A stretch of 64,000 nucleotides of DNA. It comes from a bacterium. Lineage in GTDB: Bacteria; UBA8248; JACPRG01; G963555815. A model generated the notes under the pieces. The model was not told where the DNA came from. It saw only the letters and a program-made list of their open reading frames with translations, and searched no databases. The first letter of the stretch is position 1, and each line of letters starts with the position of its first letter. Positions 59,071 to 64,000 of this stretch are shown piece by piece. A program made the position numbers and the translations under genes. The stretch spans positions 64,001 to 128,000 of the forward strand of contig OZ244653.1 of NCBI GenBank assembly GCA_965218795.1, given 5' to 3'.

Positions 59071-60081
59071 ATGTTGAGACTCAGAGCTGTGGGAACTCTT
59101 CTCCGGGTTTTGGTGGTTGTCCTGGCGTTGACCTGGACCCCGGTGGCCCATGCCGCCAAGACGGTGAAGGGCGCGGTCTTCCCCTTCGGGTGGGACCGGA
59201 TGGTGGGCGAGTACATCACAGACACGGGTGTTACCAAGAAGTGGGGCGCAAAATATGGTGTAGACCTGAAGGTCTCCTATCCCCGGGACGACTTCGCCGC
59301 TTTCATGGGCAGGTCCGTCCAGATCGTCACCCTCAGCAGCATCGAGATCGCCCGGCTGGTGGGGGATGAAGGCCACGACATCGTCGTCTGGGGGAAGGAT
59401 ACCACGGCCGTGACAGACATCTATGTCCGGACCGATTCGCCATATCAGAGCCCGGCCGACGTCAAAGGGAAGAAGATTGTCATCCCCGGCTGGGACACCG
59501 GCGCCGCGCAGATCGGGGCGGTCATTCTCAAGGATTGGTATGGAATCGACCTCAAGAACGATTACAAGGTCGTGAGCGCGCCCTGGCCCATCGTGCCCAC
59601 GATCCTTGCCAAAGGCGACGCAGAGATGGCTCTCAACCAAGTCCCCCTGACCATGGTCCTCTTGATGGAGAAGAAGATCCGTCCCATCGTTTCGACCTAT
59701 GCAACGGAGTATGCCAAGCGGACCGGGACGGGCCATCTGCCCTCCATCGCGAATTTCTCTTCCTGGGGGAAGTTCTTCAACAACAATCCCGGCGCAGTGA
59801 GGGCTTGGCTCGGCGCGTGGAACGACGGATTGAAAAATGCCCACACCAACACGAAGGCGTGGGCCAGCAAGTATCGAAACTACATCAAGAAGGACCTGAC
59901 GGAGGAGCAGTTGAACTTCTTTGTCAATTGGTTCAAGAAAAAGCAGGCCATGTACGCGGACCCCTATCTGTCCCAGGAGTTCATCGACAACGAGATGGGA
60001 TTTCTCCGGAAGGCCGTCAAGGCCGGCTTCGTCAAACCCGCCGGACTCAAGCGAGACGTATGGAAGATTGTCCGGCCCTGA
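59071..60081 (+). CDS. NMT1/SsuA-like ABC substrate-binding protein
   Basis: Signal peptide, IYVRTDSPYQSPADVKGKKI, GDAEMAL. Confidence 0.82.
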   Translation: MLRLRAVGTLLRVLVVVLALTWTPVAHAAKTVKGAVFPFGWDRMVGEYITDTGVTKKWGAKYGVDLKVSYPRDDFAAFMGRSVQIVTLSSIEIARLVGDEGHDIVVWGKDTTAVTDIYVRTDSPYQSPADVKGKKIVIPGWDTGAAQIGAVILKDWYGIDLKNDYKVVSAPWPIVPTILAKGDAEMALNQVPLTMVLLMEKKIRPIVSTYATEYAKRTGTGHLPSIANFSSWGKFFNNNPGAVRAWLGAWNDGLKNAHTNTKAWASKYRNYIKKDLTEEQLNFFVNWFKKKQAMYADPYLSQEFIDNEMGFLRKAVKAGFVKPAGLKRDVWKIVRP

Positions 60082-60183
60082 AGGAGAGACCCGACCGGAA
60101 ATGCCGCCGGGTCGGACCGTGCGGGTTGAAATTCCCGCTCGGCCGAGACTCCGCGAGTCTCCGAGTCTCTCCGGCGGCGAAAT

Positions 60184-61452
60184 TCAGCGGGGTGTGAGCG
60201 CTTTCCAGTCGTCGGCGGGAATGATCTTCCTGCGTGGTTTCTCGAGCTTGAACAGTTTCAGCGCGCTCTCGCCGAGGATGTTCCGTCTGGCCCGTTCGCT
60301 CAGGAAGGGCAGGTCGAATATCGTGCTGGGCAGATCGAAATCCCAGTGAAACCAGTCTGAGGCGTAGAGCACCTGCGTCTCGGCGTTGAGCATCTCAAAG
60401 TTGAACTCCAGCGCCTTGAGATCATCCATCTCGAGGGGCTGCGTGGTGAAGAACATCTCCCGGATGTACTCGCTCGGCTTCTTTTTCAGCAACGGCGCCT
60501 CGGAGGTGCGCTTCATGTACTCGCCGTCCAGGCGTTGCATCAGGAAAACCGCCCAGGCGAGGCCGCTCTCTATCCAGACGACGTCGAGGTTCGGAAACCG
60601 TTCCGGGATTCCGTTGACCACCCAGTTGGTCAGGTGGACCGCGTTCCAGAACACCATGCCCACCGCGTGGACCCCGATGAATCGGTTGAACTGGCCCATG
60701 CTCGGATCGTGCCAGGAATACCCGCCGTGGAAGGTCAGGGGCATGTCCCGCTCTTCGAGGGCTGCGTAAAGCTTCATGTACTGGTCGTCGTGAACCGGCA
60801 GGTTCCGGACGCTCGTGACCAGGAAGCCGACCACCCCGGGTTTGTCGGCAAACTCCTCGACGGTGCGAACCGCGGCGTCCGGCACGCTGAACGGCAGATA
60901 GGCGAGCGCCTTGATCCGGTCGTCTCCCGGCAGGACCTTCTCCACCATCCATCGGTTGTAGGCCCGGCCCATCAGGACCTCCATCTCGGTCTGCGGGTGC
61001 ATCCCCAGGGACAGAATCCCCGTGGGAAAAAGCAACGAATAGTCAATGCCGAGGCACTCCAGCGAGCGCCGGAGCTGGATGATGTCGCGATGAACGTCCG
61101 GAGCTTCGCCGGCTTCATCCCATCCCTGATGGCGCTGGTGCCGGATGCGTCCGCCTACGTCCTGATGGTACGCGATGGGGTCGATCAGGCCGTACTGAGG
61201 AGACGCGACCTTGGTCTGGAAATCCAGCGCCTGCTGGCGGATGACCGGATCCTCCACGTATTCGAGGATCTCAACCCAGGATGCAGTCTCCATATTGTGG
61301 CAGTCGGCGTCCACGATGACGTAATCCTCGTATTTCCTCTCGATGGCCTGCTTCTTCGCCAGCGCGAGGATCTCCCGCGTGTCCGCCTGATCGTCGATCC
61401 GCTCCAGCACCCGGATTTCTTCCGCTGGATGCGTCGATTGGTCATGACTCAT
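60184..61452 (-). CDS. Amidohydrolase-fold protein, paralog 2 (candidate dinuclear oxygenase)
   Basis: DADCH, LFPT, FHGG, WIESG, YASDWFHWDFD. Aligns end to end with 55732-56940. Confidence 0.85.
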   Translation of the reverse strand: MSHDQSTHPAEEIRVLERIDDQADTREILALAKKQAIERKYEDYVIVDADCHNMETASWVEILEYVEDPVIRQQALDFQTKVASPQYGLIDPIAYHQDVGGRIRHQRHQGWDEAGEAPDVHRDIIQLRRSLECLGIDYSLLFPTGILSLGMHPQTEMEVLMGRAYNRWMVEKVLPGDDRIKALAYLPFSVPDAAVRTVEEFADKPGVVGFLVTSVRNLPVHDDQYMKLYAALEERDMPLTFHGGYSWHDPSMGQFNRFIGVHAVGMVFWNAVHLTNWVVNGIPERFPNLDVVWIESGLAWAVFLMQRLDGEYMKRTSEAPLLKKKPSEYIREMFFTTQPLEMDDLKALEFNFEMLNAETQVLYASDWFHWDFDLPSTIFDLPFLSERARRNILGESALKLFKLEKPRRKIIPADDWKALTPR

Positions 61453-61540
61453 CTTGTACTCTCCCTGCCTCTTTGCGCGGCGCAATCGGATCGTTTTCCC
61501 CGCTCTGTTCGCGAGACGCTCCGGGCGCGGGCGGGACGCA

Positions 61541-61906
61541 TCACAAGATCACGTATATCTCATTTCCGCGGCGCTCAATCTCATGACCTCTCAGACGGAC
61601 GCGCCGGTCCCCCGGGTGCGCACCGGTCTTGAGATCGAACTCATAACCGTGCCAGGGGCAGATGATATGTATGTGGTAGTTCGAGAAACTCAGCCCCCGG
61701 TTCGTCTTGTCCTCGGCCAGATTCTGCTCCACCTTTTCCAGGATCCGCCCCTGACAGACCGGGCCTCCTTGGTGAGGGCAGATATTCCGGTAGGCGTGAA
61801 ATTCCTCCCCGATCCGAAACACGCCGATTTCGACATCCCCCTGGCCGATGATCTTGCAGCCTCCATTTTCGAACTCGTCCACGTTTCCCACATACAACTC
61901 CACCAC
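61541..61906 (-). CDS. Small Rieske [2Fe-2S] ferredoxin
   Basis: CPHQGGP...CPWHGYEFD. Confidence 0.92.
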   Translation of the reverse strand: MVELYVGNVDEFENGGCKIIGQGDVEIGVFRIGEEFHAYRNICPHQGGPVCQGRILEKVEQNLAEDKTNRGLSFSNYHIHIICPWHGYEFDLKTGAHPGDRRVRLRGHEIERRGNEIYVIL

Positions 61907-62055
61907 CGGTGTATCTCCTCAGTCCGGTTCTTGAGTCGACTCACGTGGATGGTAGGAGCATACCGTTGGCGAGTCAACCTGGGCCGCCGACCCTACCCGG
62001 TCTGATCGCGGTCGAAGTTGTTGCATGAAGCGATCACTCAGGCAGCCACTCCCAG

Positions 62056-62455
62056 ATGGTCGCCAACATCACGATCAAGGAACGGTTGATCGAGGTTTTG
62101 AACAAATACGGCCCCGAATCCTTCGATGAGTCGGAGACGCTCCTCCGGCGGCTGCTGCGGGAGCTTCCAGACGACACCTGGCGCACGAGGCAGTACCTGG
62201 AGACCGGGGAGGAGGATTACGCGGTCACCTGGCCATGTCCAAGAGAGACGACGCGCTTCACTTCGATTTCTCCAGGCCCAGTCAGCAGGCGCCGGTCGGC
62301 CTGAATTCCGCCTATTGGGGGACCTACGGCGCGCTGCTGGCCCCGCTCTTTCCGGTCCCGGGTTTCGACATTCTGTGGAACGGCGGGTTCATGAAACCCA
62401 TCGCCATATTCGCCCCGGAGGGGAGCCTGTGAACTGCCGGCGCCCCGCGCCCAAC
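62056..62455 (+). pseudogene. Hydantoinase B/oxoprolinase internal fragment
   Basis: ERLIEVLNKYG...LRELPDDTW..., LHFDFS..SQQAPVGLNS...WNGGFMKPIAIFAPEGSL/VNCRRPAP across several frames. No start or end. Confidence 0.72.
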
Positions 62456-62476
62456 CGGGCAATGGCCGGCAGAAAG

Positions 62477-63145
62477 TCAAACCATCCCTTTGACGGCGCT
62501 GTAGAAATCGAGCCCGTACGCGTTGCAAAGAGACTCGAACTTCAGCTCCGAAACCTCCACCACGCACTGCTGGCTTTCTTCCGTCGTGGCGTACGTTTCC
62601 AGTATCTTCCTGCCCGTCAGAATGTGGTCGCCCTCGTCCACGATCACCTCCCGGTCCAGCTCCTCCGCGAGGTCGTCGCCCTTGAGCTTGGCCACGAAGC
62701 TTTTCAGTCTCCGCAAAATCGTCATGAGCACCACTTCTCCCGTGACCTGGAGGGAGGCGGCAATCTCAATCGGGGTATCAAAGGCATACGTATCCAGGAA
62801 AAGCTGGTACTGGGTCTGGGGCGGCTCATAATTCACCAGATCGCCGTCCTCCCCCCAATCCTTCAGGATTTCCGAGAAAAACAGCGAATGCCGGTACTCG
62901 TCGCTGATCTGCTTGGCGAGGCGGAGGCGGCACTCGACGTCGTCGTCCGGCAAGAGGGTGAGCTGCTTGGCGGGCGGACGAACTCCCAGCATGAACTCTG
63001 TCCACATGTGGTACTTGCACATCCGGATGATCTGCTCTTCGTCCACGTCCTGCACCGGGTCCAGGACCAGTTCCTTCAAGCGGGTAGCGTACTTGTCCGA
63101 GTGGGTGATGACCCGGACGGCGAACTCGTGGCTATCCATCACCAT
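62477..63145 (-). CDS. Ferritin-like diiron-carboxylate protein
   Basis: E...DEYRH...E...DEGDH ligand spacing of four-helix diiron proteins. Confidence 0.78.
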   Translation of the reverse strand: MVMDSHEFAVRVITHSDKYATRLKELVLDPVQDVDEEQIIRMCKYHMWTEFMLGVRPPAKQLTLLPDDDVECRLRLAKQISDEYRHSLFFSEILKDWGEDGDLVNYEPPQTQYQLFLDTYAFDTPIEIAASLQVTGEVVLMTILRRLKSFVAKLKGDDLAEELDREVIVDEGDHILTGRKILETYATTEESQQCVVEVSELKFESLCNAYGLDFYSAVKGMV

Positions 63146-63157
63146 GGCGGCAACTCC

Positions 63158-63370
63158 TTAATATTCGATGGGCCGGACGCGCCCCAATCGTTCATACAGC
63201 TCGCGCAGATCGCGGGACGGGCTCACCTTCGCGCCGACCTGATAGCGCAGGAACTGGAAGTCGTTCCAGATCACGTCGACGTCGGGCGGCGCGGGGCCGC
63301 TGTCCTCCCCGCGCATCCGGCCCAGGATGTCCAGGGCGTCGTCGATCCTGTTGAGCAGTTCACTCCACAT
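63158..63370 (-). CDS. Small hypothetical protein (70 aa)
   Basis: AGAGGA RBS, sits in operon spacing between the cyclase and ferritin-like genes. Confidence 0.6.
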   Translation of the reverse strand: MWSELLNRIDDALDILGRMRGEDSGPAPPDVDVIWNDFQFLRYQVGAKVSPSRDLRELYERLGRVRPIEY

Positions 63371-63418
63371 GACGTTCCTCTTTCTTCTGAGCGCCCGCGG
63401 GGTTCCCCACGAGCTCAG

Positions 63419-64000
63419 TCAGTCAATGATTGCGACGGCGCGAATGTGCGTCCCGGTCGCGCCCTTCCAGTGAAGCGGTAAAACGCTGGCCGTGAAGCCG
63501 TGGGCCCGGGGAATATCGCCCAGGTTGGCGAGATTTTCCATGTGCCAATACTCGCGCTTCTGGAAGAGGCGGTGACAGGGCCAGGGATCCTTGCGTTCCA
63601 TCATCTCCTTGGGAGGCAGATCGAAGCCCGGCGCGTCGATGCCCATGACTTGAATGCCCTGATCGATCAGCCACTCGGTGCTCTCGCTGATCATGCCGGG
63701 GTGATCCGTCAGGTAGCGCGGTTCGTCGTTATAGTCGGAGGCCCCTGTCCAAATGAAGGTGATCTCTCCGCCTTGGATCTCGTAGTCTTCCTTCGATATC
63801 GCAGCCTTCAGATCGTCGATCCCGATCGGCTCGCCGGCCTTTTTGTGACGGAGGTCAAGCCGGAGTCCGGGGCCGTAGCATTTCCCGATGGGGATGGCCT
63901 CCGACCACGAGTCGTTCCGCCCCCCGTGGCTCCGTGCGTCGATGTGCGTGCCGCAGTGCTCGCTGAAGACGCAAATGCTGTGGGCGAAGGTCTCGGGGTA
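63419..64000 (-). CDS. Cyclase/kynurenine formamidase-family metallohydrolase, 5' truncated by the window edge
   Basis: Frame is open to 64000. SEHCGTHIDARSH, HPG, GIDAPG, HMENLANL, PL...GATGTHIRAVA. Confidence 0.9.
   Translation of the reverse strand, partial: YPETFAHSICVFSEHCGTHIDARSHGGRNDSWSEAIPIGKCYGPGLRLDLRHKKAGEPIGIDDLKAAISKEDYEIQGGEITFIWTGASDYNDEPRYLTDHPGMISESTEWLIDQGIQVMGIDAPGFDLPPKEMMERKDPWPCHRLFQKREYWHMENLANLGDIPRAHGFTASVLPLHWKGATGTHIRAVAIID

Noticed and set aside
55732-61452. Diversity-generating retroelement suggested by near-duplicate 3' ends of the two amidohydrolase genes
   Set aside because: Similarity spans whole intact paralogs, differences do not appear adenine-specific, and there is no reverse transcriptase.

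Overview
GC-rich chromosomal window from a diderm bacterium (by eye; Deltaproteobacteria/Nitrospinota-like gene content, lineage not established). No rRNA, tRNA or CRISPR array was found. 1-14.5 kb: housekeeping and metabolism (EF-G2, SPOR protein, MerR, aconitase, fumC, nitroreductase, dut, a BMP-type nucleoside ABC transporter), with a GxxExxY gene enclosed by 27-bp inverted repeats wedged between two genes. 14.9-29.9 kb: a large iron-acquisition locus containing an Fe(III) ABC transporter, a DtxR-family repressor with a palindromic operator, hemP followed by tandem AGCAAGCCA motifs overlapping a terminator, two degenerate DUF151 proteins, a porin, an FMN-binding protein, a His-rich membrane protein, ApbE, and an imelysin/Bfd/di-heme module. 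30-36.6 kb: modAB fusion, convergent modC and hydrolase/oxidoreductase genes. 37-55.7 kb: accessory and defence region (two TA pairs, IS1595 inside a RAYT remnant, PD-(D/E)XK nuclease, Abi_C protein, type IIG/ISP-like RM enzyme, mosaics of palindromic repeats) interleaved with catabolic genes. 55.7-64 kb: two paralogous amidohydrolase-fold proteins (candidate dinuclear oxygenases) with a Rieske ferredoxin, solute-binding proteins, a ferritin-like diiron protein and a cyclase. Several frameshifts are each fixed by adding one base to a homopolymer, so some apparent pseudogenes may be sequencing errors. All family calls come from motif recognition; no database search was run.
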